Source: Torpedo marmorata (Eukaryota). Taken from it: a DNA stretch of 64,000 nt. Every line of letters starts with the position of its first letter. Position 1 is the first letter of the stretch. The position numbers and the translations under genes were made by a program. Of this stretch, positions 38,956 to 50,597 are shown one piece after another. The stretch covers positions 87,854,001 through 87,918,000 of the forward strand of contig OZ360229.1 in NCBI GenBank assembly GCA_977017645.1. The letters run 5' to 3'. Under the pieces are notes generated by a model. It was not told the DNA's origin, ran no database searches, and worked only from the letters and a program-made list of their open reading frames with translations.

Positions 38956-39369
38956 CCCATATTAAGTCCTTATAACACCAAGATGGGTGGACATACCCCT
39001 AGTTGCATAATTTGAGTTGATGAACTAAGGAAGCATCACCCAAGATGTTAATTGGCATAACAGACTATCCACGAGTGAGATTTATTTTCTATTGTGCAGC
39101 AATATGCTAAGTAAGCCATTGTACCTGGTATCATGGCATTAGGAAAGATTCCTCTGGTCATGAAATGACAGAGGGATTTAAGTGTCTATCTCTTCAAATG
39201 CCTTTCAATCCTCCCAGTTTGATATTAACAAGGTCTATGTGATCAGTGATGTTTGAAACCAGTTTGAAACTAAGGAGCCCCATCAAATCTATCAGAGGAT
39301 GATTCAGGAAATCAGTCTTCCATGCCTGGATCAGCAGAGGATAAAATGAAGAATCTCAATCATCTAAAG

Positions 39370-39600
39370 CAGCCATTCTTAACCTTTTTGTTAGATACAG
39401 CCCACTTCGGACTCTGCTCAAAGTTTATAGGCCCCCTTCCCTGTGAAGCAGGCAAGTTTAGCTGGTTTGTTCTGTATTTCTCTCCTATGGTTAACAAAAA
39501 ATATTTTATGATTTCAGTCTGTGGCCCCCCCTTAAATGTGCTGTGGCCGCAGGGGCCCGTAATGCCACTCCCCCCCCCCCCCGCCCATTGAGAATGGCTG
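39370..39600. mobile_element. hAT (Charlie-like) MITE
   Basis: TIRs cagccattcttaa / ttgagaatggctg; 8-bp TSD atctaaag/atctaatg. Confidence 0.88.
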
Positions 39601-41869
39601 ATCTAATGGAAGGTCAACAATGAAACTGCACACTACAGAGCTTGCCAATGTCACAAGCACATCCCTGGACTCAACATTTTGACTGCAGTTTCACACAAGC
39701 TGATAATTCCCTCCTCAACTGAGACCCTCCTCCAACCCTGCAAACCTCTAAGATCCCCGCACTCTGCCAGCCAAAAAAGTCTTCCACATTCACCAATTAA
39801 CTGTTCCATTCTCGGTTGCCATGCAGCCAACAATTCCAAGCTCAGGAATTCCTTCCTTCAATCTCTCCACCTCTGTGTCTTAACTCTCCACCTTTCAAAT
39901 GCCCAACAAAGCAAATATTTCAGCTGTCCAAACACATCTTGGGAGGAAAATGCTGTCTGACTGACCTATTGCAAGATGTTCTGGAATGATTCATAGTACT
40001 GCAGGCGAGTTGGAATTTAGAATACTTGTGCCGCGATTGTAATGGTTCCCAGAACTTTACATAAAGCAACTGGTATTTCTCAACTGAAAGAAAGGATTTG
40101 AGAAATTTACTTAAACGATGGTCTTCTTGCCATAATTAACCGGATGATCTTGGATGCTCTCTTGAGCTCCTTGGGCAATTAAATGATATGAACTGCACCT
40201 CCACCAATGTAACACTGCCTCAAACTGCAGTGGAAAGTCATCTGAAAACTGGATAGGTTATGCTGAGACTTGTTCGTGGGTCAAATATCAGTTATTTCCA
40301 GTGTTTGCACGATCATGTTCACAATGTTTCCTTGACATTCTGATTTGATGGCTGGATGCAATTCATATCTGGCCCCTCAGCTCTAGGCAACACGATTGTC
40401 AAACACAGACCCATTCATTTAATTAGCATTAATCTTAATAAAAATTAGCTGCATTTTTTCATTTTCTATGTATATTTATGAATTAACAATAGCTTCTATT
40501 GAACTTTATTAATTTTAATTATTTAGATATTTTTCAGAGTTATTTTATAACTAGTGAAGCAGGCCTTTGACAGCGTGAAAGAGTACAGTTTGGTGAGTGT
40601 GCAGGATTAATACAAACCTCAGACCATCCAATAAATGGCGCCAAACCAGCATTATCTGAAAGGTGACACTGGGACATTTAACCCCATAGTGTGATTCATT
40701 AATGACCCTTTGCTTCAGTCATCCAGGGCAGGACTGAGATCTGTGCCCTGGTTTATGGAACTGAGGCTGTTCAGAGCTGCATGGCTACAAAGCATTAGTG
40801 CAGGCCTGGGTGGAGCTCAAGTGGCGTGTGATGAGCAGCAGTTCAGGTCAAGCTTAATCTGGTATAGAGTCCTCGGGTGCTAATGGCCATCACCAAGACT
40901 TCCATTTCATGGGCCATCTTCTCAGCATGTACACACTCCGTCAATACCGCACTGAGGACATTAGGCTGGGTTGTGCATTCAAAGCCTCGAACAAATCTTA
41001 GACGAGCAACTAAGTCAGAACCAGGTTGCCATAAACTAGTTGGAGTGAACTTTCAGGCAAGATTTGAACTCTGACCTTAAGAAAGAGTTGACCAAGTGCA
41101 AAAGGCAGCTTAGCACCTAAAAGTTGTACTGCAGAGTGCCCGTGAGAAGGGTGGCAAACAGAGAGTTCCTTGTAAAATTAATAAATCATTGCTGCGTGCA
41201 AGAAATTTAATGCACTTTACCTGTCATGATTATTATATGTGCTTATCTACAAGTTAATGGAAACTGCCTCTGTTAAATGGTTGCATTATCATTACACTTT
41301 TAAACCACTGGAGACAGTGCTGGCAGGAATGTATAATTAGAAAGTAGCTTCCCCTGTTCACTTGTATAAATTGCAATAGTCTTGCACAAGGCCAGAAAGT
41401 ACAAACCATTCAATTTCTTCCTCATCCTAATGTATCACCTCAAAACCCTCCACCAATCAACACCAGAGAACCACAGTTTTTGCAGCAGATATACAAGGCA
41501 TTCACTCCATCAGATCTGTCATTGACCCAACCCCTCCCCGCTTGTTTCATTTCAGTCCATTGACATTCCTTTCTCCATGAACCAACACGTGGACAAAATG
41601 CACAGCCTGCGGTCAACACATTTTGTGGGGATCTTGTATGCAAATTTGGTCTCTTTTTTGCCACATCACAACCATCATTACTATTCAAAAGGGTTGCATT
41701 AGCTGGAAAATGCCTTTCAGATTCAGAAAAATTGATTCTTTGTAAAAAAAAAAGTTAAATACATTTTATTCAATTATATTTTTTTAAAAATCAAAACGGT
41801 TTTGTTTACAGAACAGGAAACCCACTCCCTCCCCCTTCTAGTGGATGACAAATTTGGCTCAAGACTCAC

Positions 41870-41884
41870 TGTACATACTGTACC
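41870..41884. promoter_or_regulatory. IR3 steroid-receptor element about 230 bp 3' of the ZBTB16 exon
   Basis: TGTACAtacTGTACC (minus strand GGTACAgtaTGTACA). Confidence 0.5.
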
Positions 41885-42110
41885 CACAGGGTTGGCACTG
41901 AGCCCAGGCTGGCACTTGGCCAGCTCCACAACAACATGCATCAGCAGCCAGCACAAGCCACAGGGAAGGGGGGGGGGGGAAGGAGAGGGAGAGAGAGCAG
42001 AAACACACCGCAATATACGCAGCTCGCTTCACTTTAAAGCTGCCCAAGTTCTCCTTTCATATGAACGCCGAAAAAGAAATGGTAAAAAGATCATGTGACC
42101 CACAGGTTAC

Positions 42111-42208
42111 CTGAGTGCGAAAGTAGATGCATCCTTAGCCGGAGGCTGTCCAGAAACCGTTTACCACAAAGTTCACAGCCATAGGTCTTCATTCCACTGT
42201 GCATCTTC
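42111..42208 (-). CDS. ZBTB16: Internal 98-bp coding exon of ZBTB16/PLZF (end of ZF1, linker, zinc finger 2; equivalent to mammalian exon 3)
   Basis: Minus strand reads ctctttccttgttttcctgcAG|G AAG ATG CAC AGT GGA ATG AAG ACC TAT GGC TGT GAA CTT TGT GGT AAA CGG TTT CTG GAC AGC CTC CGG CTA AGG ATG CAT CTA CTT TCG CAC TCA G|GTaacc = KMHSGMKTYGCELCGKRFLDSLRLRMHLLSHS. This matches remembered human PLZF KLHSGMKTYGCELCGKRFLDSLRLRMHLLAHS. Canonical AG/GT and a polypyrimidine tract are present. Too short to appear in the ORF track. Confidence 0.96.
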
Positions 42209-42784
42209 CTGCAGGAAAACAAGGAAAGAGCGAGTCAATATAACGCTGCTGGAATGTGCAACTAAAGCCATCAAACACTGCCCCTGCACTTAATTAATCT
42301 CTCTTTAGACACCTGCAGCAGCTCTTCACCAGAGCTGCTCACGTCTCTTTGCTGACATCACAGATCCTTGTTGCAAGGTATTTTAACTGCACTATATGGA
42401 AAATAGAAGACACGTCGACCGATATGCTTCAATGCGAGTCAGTTCTCAAGATTCACGATTTGAATTGGCTCACAGCAAGAACGGCAAACCTGCAAAACAC
42501 ATATTTGTACTATTCCTCATTACTTTGGTGGAGCTGAAATAACAACCAGGATTGAAGGAGACCAAGACACTGCAATAAGGTTAATTTATCTGAACCACAA
42601 ACACTGCCTGCCTCTTTCTCTCTCCCTCCACAGACACTACCTGACCAGTTGAGTTTGTTTTTGAGGAATTTTGAGTTGAGTTTTTTTTTTTAATTTCAGA
42701 TTCCATTATCTGCAGCTTTCCCCTCCCCTCCCCCCCCCCACCCCAAAACCTGCTGTTGGACACCTTTCTGATGTTTAAGTGGAT

Positions 42785-42940
42785 CTCTGTTGGAATCTGG
42801 AGCAAAAAGCAACCAGTTGGAGAAACTCAGCAGGTCGAGCAGCATCAGTGAGAGAAAAAGCATTGTCGGAACGAAGGGTTCCAACCCAGAACATTGAGGA
42901 GTCTTTTTCTCTCCCTGATGCTGCTCGACCCACTGAGTTC
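42785..42940. mobile_element. Palindromic Penelope pseudo-LTR derivative, interrupted; resumes at about 45307-45330
   Basis: aactcagcaggtcgagcagcatcag / ctgatgctgctcgacccactgagttc arms. Confidence 0.7.
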
Positions 42941-43348
42941 GGAGGACCTTTCCTGGACCCAACGCATGAATGTCATCGTGAAGAAAGCACATCAGCGCCT
43001 CTACTTCCTGAGGAGTTTGCGGAGGTTTGTTATGACATCGAAAACCTTGGCAAACTTCCATAGATGTGTGGTGGCAAGTGCGCTGACCGACTGCATCACA
43101 GCCTGGTATGGGGCCACGAATACCTCTGAGCAGAAAGCCCTGCAAAAGGTAGTGGACAAAGCCCGGTACATCATTGGCAAAAACTCTCCCCACTATTGAG
43201 AAAATGTACATGGAACGCTGCCGCCAGAGAGCAGCAGCAATCATCAAGAATCCACACCACCCACGACAAACTTTCTTCTTGCTGCTGCCATCAGGAAAAA
43301 GGTATAGGTGCCACAAGACTTGCACCACCAGGTTCAGGATCAGTTGCT

Positions 43349-45033
43349 GTAAAAAACAAAAATGCTGGAGAAACTCAGCAGGTCAAACAGTGTCTTTTAT
43401 GTAGCAAAGGTAGAAATACATAACCGACATTTCGGGCTTGAGCCCTTCATCAAAGTATGAGAAAATGCCGGCAGGCGTCCGAACAAAAGAGTGAGGGGGA
43501 AGGGGGCGGGGGGTGGCAAAGGCAGGAGATGATAAGTGGAGAAAGGAGGGAGGGGACAGCAGCAAAGAGGGGGAGGAGGGATGGCTGGGTGGGTGGAAAA
43601 AAAAACAGGAAGGACAGGTGAGGGGGGAGGGGAAGGAAAAGACAAGCAGGTTTAGTGGAAAGCAGAAAAGTCAATGTTAATGCCATCTGGCTGGAGAGTG
43701 CCGAGACGGAAAATGAGATGTTGTTCCTCCAATTTGCGGGTAGTCTGGGTGGGATAGTACATAAGGCCATGGACAGACGTGTGTGTGGGAGTGTGACTCG
43801 GAATTGAAATGGCTGGCTACTGGGAGATCGCTGGTGTTGCGGACAGAGAGGAGGTGCTCAGCAAAGCGATCTCCCAATCTACGACCGGTCTCTCCGATGT
43901 AGAGAAAGCCACAAAGGGAGCACCGGATGCAGTAAATAAGTTCTCTGGATGTACAAGTGAAGTGTAGTTTCACTTGAAAGGCCTGTTTGGGGCCCCGGAC
44001 CGTGGTGAGGGGGGAGGTGTGGGCGCAGGTGTTGCACCTCCTGCGGGGACAGGGGAAGGTGCCGGGGGTGCGATGGGTGGGGAGGGATGAGTGCACGAGG
44101 GAATTGCGGACGGAGCAGTCCCTGTGGAAGGCCGAGAGGTGAGGAGAAGGAAGAATGTGTCTGGTGGTGGGATCCTGTAGTAAGTGCTGGAAATTCTGGC
44201 AGATAATGTGTTGAATGCGGAGGCTGGTGGGGTGGTAGGTGAGGATGAGGGGGATTCTATGTTTGTTGTGTCTGGGGGCAGAGGGGGCCAGGGCAGATGA
44301 GCGGGAAATGGAGGAGATGCGGGTGAGGGCTGAGTTGATGGTGGTGGAGGGGAAGCCACGTTTGTGGAAGAAGGCAGACATTTCAGAAGATCTGGACTGG
44401 AAGACCTCATCTTGGGAACAGATGCGGCAGAGACGGAGAAATTGAGAGAAGGGGATGGAATCCTTGCAGGGGACAGGGTGTGAGGAAGTGTAGTCCAGAT
44501 AGTTGTGGGAGTTGGAGGGTTTGTAGTAAATGTCGGTGGAAAGCTTGTCTCCTGAGATGGAGACAGAGAGATCCAGGAAGGGGAGAGTGTTATCGGAGAT
44601 GGACCAGGTGAGTTTGAGATCGGGGTGGAAGTTGGATGCGAAGTGGATGAAGTTGACAAGCTCATCGCGGGTGCATGAGGCAGCCCCGATGTAGTCGTCG
44701 ATATAACGGAGGAAGAGATGAGGGGTCTTGCCTGTGTAGGCTTGCAGCATGGATTGCTCCACAAAGCCCACAAACAGACAGGCGTAGCTGGGACCCATGC
44801 GGGTACCCATGGCTACTCCTTTGATTTGGAGGAAGTGGGATGAGTTGAAGGAGAAGTTATTGAGAGTGAGGACAATTTCTGCCAGGCGGAGGAGGGTGGT
44901 GGTAGAGGTGACTGGTCAGGTCTTTGGTCCAGGAAGAAGCGAAGTGCTTTCAGACCTTTTGTGTGGGGGATAGAGGTATAAAGGGATTGGATATCCATCG
45001 TGAAGATGATGCGGTCCGGTTTTCGTGTTTTAC
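43349..45033 (-). mobile_element. Young 5'-truncated Penelope-like element (Neptune-type): RT C-terminal half, GIY-YIG endonuclease, pLTR
   Basis: MDIQSLYTSIPH (44813-44998). The 377-aa ORF 43677-44810 has MGTRMGPSYA, RYIDD, LPFLD, CPRRRCNTCAH and IYCIRC..LYIGET..RFAEH. 16-bp TSD ttcaggatcagttgct at 43333-43348 and 45034-45049. Confidence 0.95.
43419..43459 (-). ncRNA. Minimal type I hammerhead ribozyme motif in Penelope pLTR
   Basis: catact-TTGATGA-a-GGGC tcaa GCCC-GAAA-tg-TC-ggttatg: core boxes, hairpin II and stem I pairing; U at core position 3. Confidence 0.7.
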
Positions 45034-45759
45034 TTCAGGATCAGTTGCTACTCCTTCACCATCAGACTCCCCAATAACAAACTCAGACTTATTTGGGGTC
45101 TCTTACTTTGCACGTTATTTTCTGTATTGCATAGTTTGCTTGCACTTCCTTCTTGTTTACATTCCTCTTGTGCATATGTATCTTTTCTTGAGCACAGTTT
45201 TTTTTGCACTACCGATGGTGGAAGCTCTGCCTGGCAAGCAGGAGAAAGAATCTCAGGGTTGTATGTGATATTATGTTTATACTCTGATAATAAATCTGAA
45301 CTTTTAGCTCCTCCAACAGATTGCTTTAAGCAAAAGAGATTCAATGACCGTGCACGAGCAAGTTGCTCAGTGTTAAAGTTGCAATGAAAGAAACTTCCAT
45401 TCACTTTGCAATATTCCTCAGTGCAGCTCAGAATTCTCTGCAGTCGAAGGACATTTTAACTCAAGGTAATGTTTCCAGCACAGATGAGAACCAGAGTTTT
45501 GTCCACAAAAGATCCAACAAATGACAGTGCAGCAAAAATGAAGAGCTGATTGGTTGGAAACGTTTGGGGAGAGCCTTCATCTCTGACAGCCCTTACTGGC
45601 TCATTTCTAATGTCAACTTACAATGTGATAATGATGTCGTGGCCTTTACCCTGGCTCTTGCTTCACTTGTTCAGAGCCAGCAGAAGCCTCCCCATTTACC
45701 ATAACTACAGAACTTTGTATTCAGATCCAAGCCTCAAACTGGACTTCTATTCCATGGAG

Positions 45760-45950
45760 CAACACACCAAATGCTGGAGGAACTCGGTGGGTCAGGCGCC
45801 ATCCATGGAAGGCAATAGATAGGCAGTTTCTGGGAAATACTGTATTGACTGTCTCTTGCCTTCCATCGATGCTGCCCATCCTGCTGAGTTCCTCCAGCAT
45901 TTTGTGTTGCTCCAGTTTTACAGCATCTGCAGTCTCTCTTGTTTGCCTTT
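45760..45950. mobile_element. Palindromic Penelope pseudo-LTR derivative
   Basis: aaatgctggaggaactc / gagttcctccagcattt inverted arms. Confidence 0.75.
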
Positions 45951-46026
45951 TATTTCATGGACATTTGATTCCAACCCCCACCCTCAATCACATTTTACTT
46001 TTTTTTTTTAAATGCAAGGTTTAGAT

Positions 46027-46371
46027 CAGTGGTTTTCAAATTTTTTCTTTCCACTCACATACCATCTTAAGCAATCCCTATGACTTAAGGTAGTATGTGA
46101 GTGGAAAGAAAAGGTTTGAAAACCACTGTTTTAATCGTACCTAATTGACTCGTTATGTGCACAGTTTCATAACTCCAAAGGAAATGGGCCAATGACAATT
46201 TTTCTCAAGCAAAATATTTCAGTAACAATTGGGTCGAGAGCAGTGGTTCTCAACCTTTTTTCCCCACTCACATACCACCTTAAGTAATCCCTTACTAATC
46301 ACAGAGCACCTTTAGCATAAGGATTATTTAAGGTGGAATGTGAGTGGAAAGAAAAAGTTTGAAAACCACTG
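46027..46371. mobile_element. Compound hAT-type MITE made of two palindromic units
   Basis: Units 46027-46128 and 46241-46371 each run cagtggtt..caa...ccactcacatacca / tgtgagtggaaagaaaa..tttgaaaaccactg. Confidence 0.85.
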
Positions 46372-46874
46372 AGTCAAGATTGTCAAGGTCCAGTCTTGTG
46401 TCAATCGGGTGTTTGCAAAACCATGAGGGGCTCCCCCGTTGTCCTCATGCACTCATCAAATGGTAAAAACTGAACCACACCAACTGCCTCTTAAGACGTT
46501 ACAACACATGCTTAAATTCAAAAGATTGCAGGAACGACCACAAGAGCATCAAGGCCACAAAAAACTAACCACATGATGCTGCAACCAGCCATTGAACATC
46601 AGCCCAAACAATGTGCTCAGTGTTGGCCTCGCTCTCTCTCTGGGGAGGGAGCAAAGGAAAACCGTCATTTGTCCCCCATCTCCTCACCCTTTCAGTTTAC
46701 CACCATTTCATCACTCGAGCCCTTTTATCAAAACGATATTTGCTACCGTGGGCTATTTGAAATATTTTACAAGTATAGCAGCAAAAACACAAAATGCTGG
46801 AGGAACTCAGTAGGTCTCGCAGGGTCGACATTGAGGAACCTGCTGAGTTCCTACGGCATTTGTGTTTTTACTAC

Positions 46875-48213
46875 AATCAGAATCAGAATTTATTGTCATG
46901 AACAAGTCATAAATTCAGTGTTTTGCGGCAGCATCATAGTGCAATTAACATTCATATTAACCATCTTACGACATTACTATAAAAAATTATAAACAATAGT
47001 GCACGAAAAGTAAGGCAGTGTCTTTGGTTCATTGATTATTCAGGAATCTGATGGCAGCGGGGAAGAAGCTGTCCTTGTGCCGTTGAGTGCTCGTCTTTAG
47101 GGTCCTGTACCTTTTTCCCGATGGAAGCAGAGTGAAGAGGGCATGGTCTGGGTGGTGGGGGTCCTTGAGGACAGAGGCTGCTTTTTTAAGACACCGCCTC
47201 ATGTAGATGTCCTCGATGGAGTGAAGTTTGGTGCCTGTGATGTCACAGGCAGAGTTAACAACCCTCTGGAGTTTACTCTTGTCCTGGGAGTTGGCGCCTC
47301 CATACCAGGCAGTGATGCAACCAGCCAGAATGCTCTCCACAGTACACCTGTAGAAGTTTACAAGAGTCTTCGGTGACACACCGAATCTCCGCAGACACCT
47401 CAAAGTATAGCCGCTGACAAGCCTTCTTTGTGATTGCATCAACGTGGATACTCCAGGACAGATCCTCGGAGATGTTGACATCCAGGAATTTGAAGTTCTT
47501 GACCCTCTCCACTGCTGAGCCCTCGATGAGGACTGGGTCGTGTTCCCCTGACTTCCTCCTGAAGTTCACGATCAGCTCCTTGGTTTTGCTGACGTTGAGC
47601 TCAAGGTTGTTGCCATTACACCATTCAACGAGCTGATCTATCTCCCTCCTGTACGCTTCCTCATTGCCGTTTGTGATTCTGCCGACAACTGTGGTGTCAT
47701 CGGCAAACTTGAAGATGGCATTGGAATTGTGCCTGGCCACACAGTCATGGGTGTATAACGAGTAGAGCAGTGGGCTAAGCACGCATCCTTGGGGTGCGCC
47801 TGTGTTGATAATCAGTGAGGAGACGACGTTGTTTCCAATTCGTACTGACTGTGGTCTTCCGATGAGAAAGTCAAGGATCCAGTTGCAGAGGGGGGTACAG
47901 AGGCCTAGAGTTTGTAGCTTCTAGACCAGCACTGAGGGAATAATGGTATTGAAGGCCGAGCTGTCGTCGATGAAGAGCAACCGTATGTATGAATTGTTGT
48001 TTTCGATGTGATCTTGAGCTGAGTGGAGAGCCAGCGATATTGCATCTGCTGTGGAGCGATTGTGACGATAGGCAAATTGCAGTGGATCCAGATCTTTGCT
48101 TAGGTACGTGTTAATTCTGGCCATGACCAGCCTCTCAAAGCATTTCATCACAGTAGAAGTTAGTGCTACTAGGCGGTAGTCGTTGAGGCAGCCCACACTA
48201 CTCTTCTTGGGTA
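46875..48213 (-). mobile_element. Young Rex1/Babar-type LINE (subfamily A), 5'-truncated
   Basis: ORFs 47921-48196, 47273-47782 and 47029-47481 are nearly identical to the 2635-3882 protein and keep FADD; (TTCTGA)n tail; inserted in a pLTR palindrome (46783-46879 plus 48214-48240). Confidence 0.93.
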
Positions 48214-49904
48214 GTGCCTGCAGACTTTCCGTGTTTCACTACAAGTGTAGCGAGTCTCGTTCCCTTTGCAAATGCACAGTTTTAAAAATAAATCGCACCA
48301 TTTTCACACCAGAAAGCCCATTGCCTCCCCACAAGTTCAAAATGTTGACGTTTAAAGCTGTATACTGTCGTCTTCTATTGTTGGTTTACTTGACTTCTCT
48401 AGGCGTAGAAATAAGGTCATTCCAGCCTCACAGGCACATTGAACCTTTTTCAGTGGCTCATTCTCCATACGGCAGGTTTGGGTAAGAGGTGTTGGGTGAT
48501 CAATTCAAGCAGATGCACCAGTGGTGGAACAATTTTTAAAAAAAATCAAGGATGCACAAAAGGATGTTCCAAAAGGCCAAAGCAACTATTGAGATCAACA
48601 GAGAATTTAAGTGATTGTTTTTTCCAGTTAAAATGGTCAAAGAATTACATTTTTACAACTCCAGAGCACTGTTTCACAGCGATGGCCCTTACAATTATGT
48701 AACAATAAGATATTTCAGGAGTTAAAACAAACCACAAGTCACATGGGACAGCAAAGCCCTGATCAAATTACCAGTGATCTTAGTTGGAGATGCAGTGAGA
48801 AAGCTCCAATTTAAAGAAGTGTTAATTTAAGATGAACACACTACAAGACAAAGCAATTCAGGGCAACGCTGACCGGAAAAAAATACTGAAAGAGAGGAAG
48901 AGGGTTGAAGCAGGCTTGTGTGGAACATTAACACTACCACTGATTAGTTGGGGTGAATGGCTGATTTCCATGCAAATTACTATTAATTCTGAGCAATTAG
49001 TCTACTGAGCTTAACATGAATTCGGCTCAAAATGAAAATGGAAATAGAAGGGGGAAAAAATGCCACTTTTGATCTCTGACTTTTTCCAGGAGGAATGAAA
49101 CTGTGCGATTCACAATAACCACATTTAAAGACCAGGTTCTGATGAATTTCATATTTGTCAACTTTAACGACAGAAGTTGACAGATGAAGAATGTCCAAGC
49201 CCAGAATATACTGTACAAGGCTTCCATATAGAATCAGCATGTTCAGGAGAGGACAGGGATAAAGCATCATGAAATGAATGCAAGGCAACCAGATCCAGAA
49301 TTCACAGAGCTGGCTTCACGTGAGCCATGTCACTTACTCTGGTTGGGAACATTTAAAGAGGGCTGTTATTCTGCCAATTGCTTATATCAATTGAAAAAGC
49401 CTCACGACGCAGCAGCAAAGAAAACCCCTTTTGGAGTGGAGGGGCATTTTGCTTTGAAATCCCCTCCTCCCACAACCTCCATGACAGTGAAACCGTGGAG
49501 CAGTTGGATAGAAATGCAAATGTTCCAAACCTGCTGACCACAGTTTTAATGCAAATTCACTAATATTGGATGGCAGAGAAAGACAAGTTGAAAGGAGGTT
49601 TCTGCTGAGAAATTTGCCTTCAACTAGCATTTTTTTAAAAATCCAATATGGAGCAATAGCAGAGGTTATGGTTAGTTTTCAGCCATCTGCATTCAGTACA
49701 GCACTGTGTTCATTCTGCAGAACTTTGAGCTTCACTGGGTTTAGGCAGAGGTGGTGTTTAAGATCATCAGCCCAGCCTCTGGGGTCATAAACCAAATGCA
49801 GGTCGTGCTGCTGCTGCACTGCCCCAGCCACTCAGCTTTGATCCTGGCCTCTAGTACTATGTCCATGGGATTTTTATATTTATTTGAAATATATCTGTAT
49901 TGTT

Positions 49905-50143
49905 TTTATTTACAGCACGGTAGAAGCGGATTCCAGCCATTGAAACCCGTGACACCCAATTACACCCAAATTAACCAACAACCCCATACATTTTCGAGGA
50001 TGGGAGGAAACTGGAGAACCCGGGGAAAACCCACGCAGACACAGGGAGAACGTACAAACTCCACACAGATAGTGCTGGATTCGAACCGGTGTAGCTGGCG
50101 CTATAATAGCATCACGTTAACCACTATGCTAACCGTGTTGCCC
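49905..50143 (-). mobile_element. tRNA-derived V-domain SINE
   Basis: Same family as 33525-33798. Confidence 0.88.
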
Positions 50144-50597
50144 ATGTATACATGTGATTGCTATGTTCTGTGTACTGCGTGCACACCGTGGCCCGGAGAA
50201 ATGCTGTTTCATCTGCTTTTACAGGTACAGTCAGATGGTAATAAACTTGATGTAGGTTTTCTTTGTGCGCTCCAGTTTTCACCCACTCCTCAGAGACATG
50301 CTCAGATTAATTGGCTACTGTAAATTACCTTGTGTCGGCTGAACTGGGAGATAGCTGGGCAAATGAGAGAGCAAAGGTGACAAAGAAATATATGGAGTGG
50401 GACTATTCTAAGAGCTAGAAGAGACCAGTAGGCCAAATGGCCTCTACATTATAAAGCTGTGTGAAAATTTGGCGAGCTAAGAAGTGGTGTAATGCTGCCA
50501 TCAGCTACAAAGGAAGTCCTCAGAATTAACATCTTCAGAAGAAGCCAAGAGAAAAATAAAATACTACCCCATCGCTCAAGAATTGGACATGGCTAAA

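Larger units (their letters stand above)
42941..45300 (+). mobile_element. Rex1-type LINE 3' fragment (subfamily B) split by a Penelope insertion (parts 42941-43348 and 45034-45300)
   Basis: EDLSWTQRMNVIVKKAHQRLYFLRSLRRF; sequence continues after the insert to the tail aataaatctgaa. Confidence 0.88.

Noticed and set aside
43970-44773. 267-aa Pro/Ser/Thr-rich ORF
   Set aside because: Alternative frame of the C-rich Penelope coding strand
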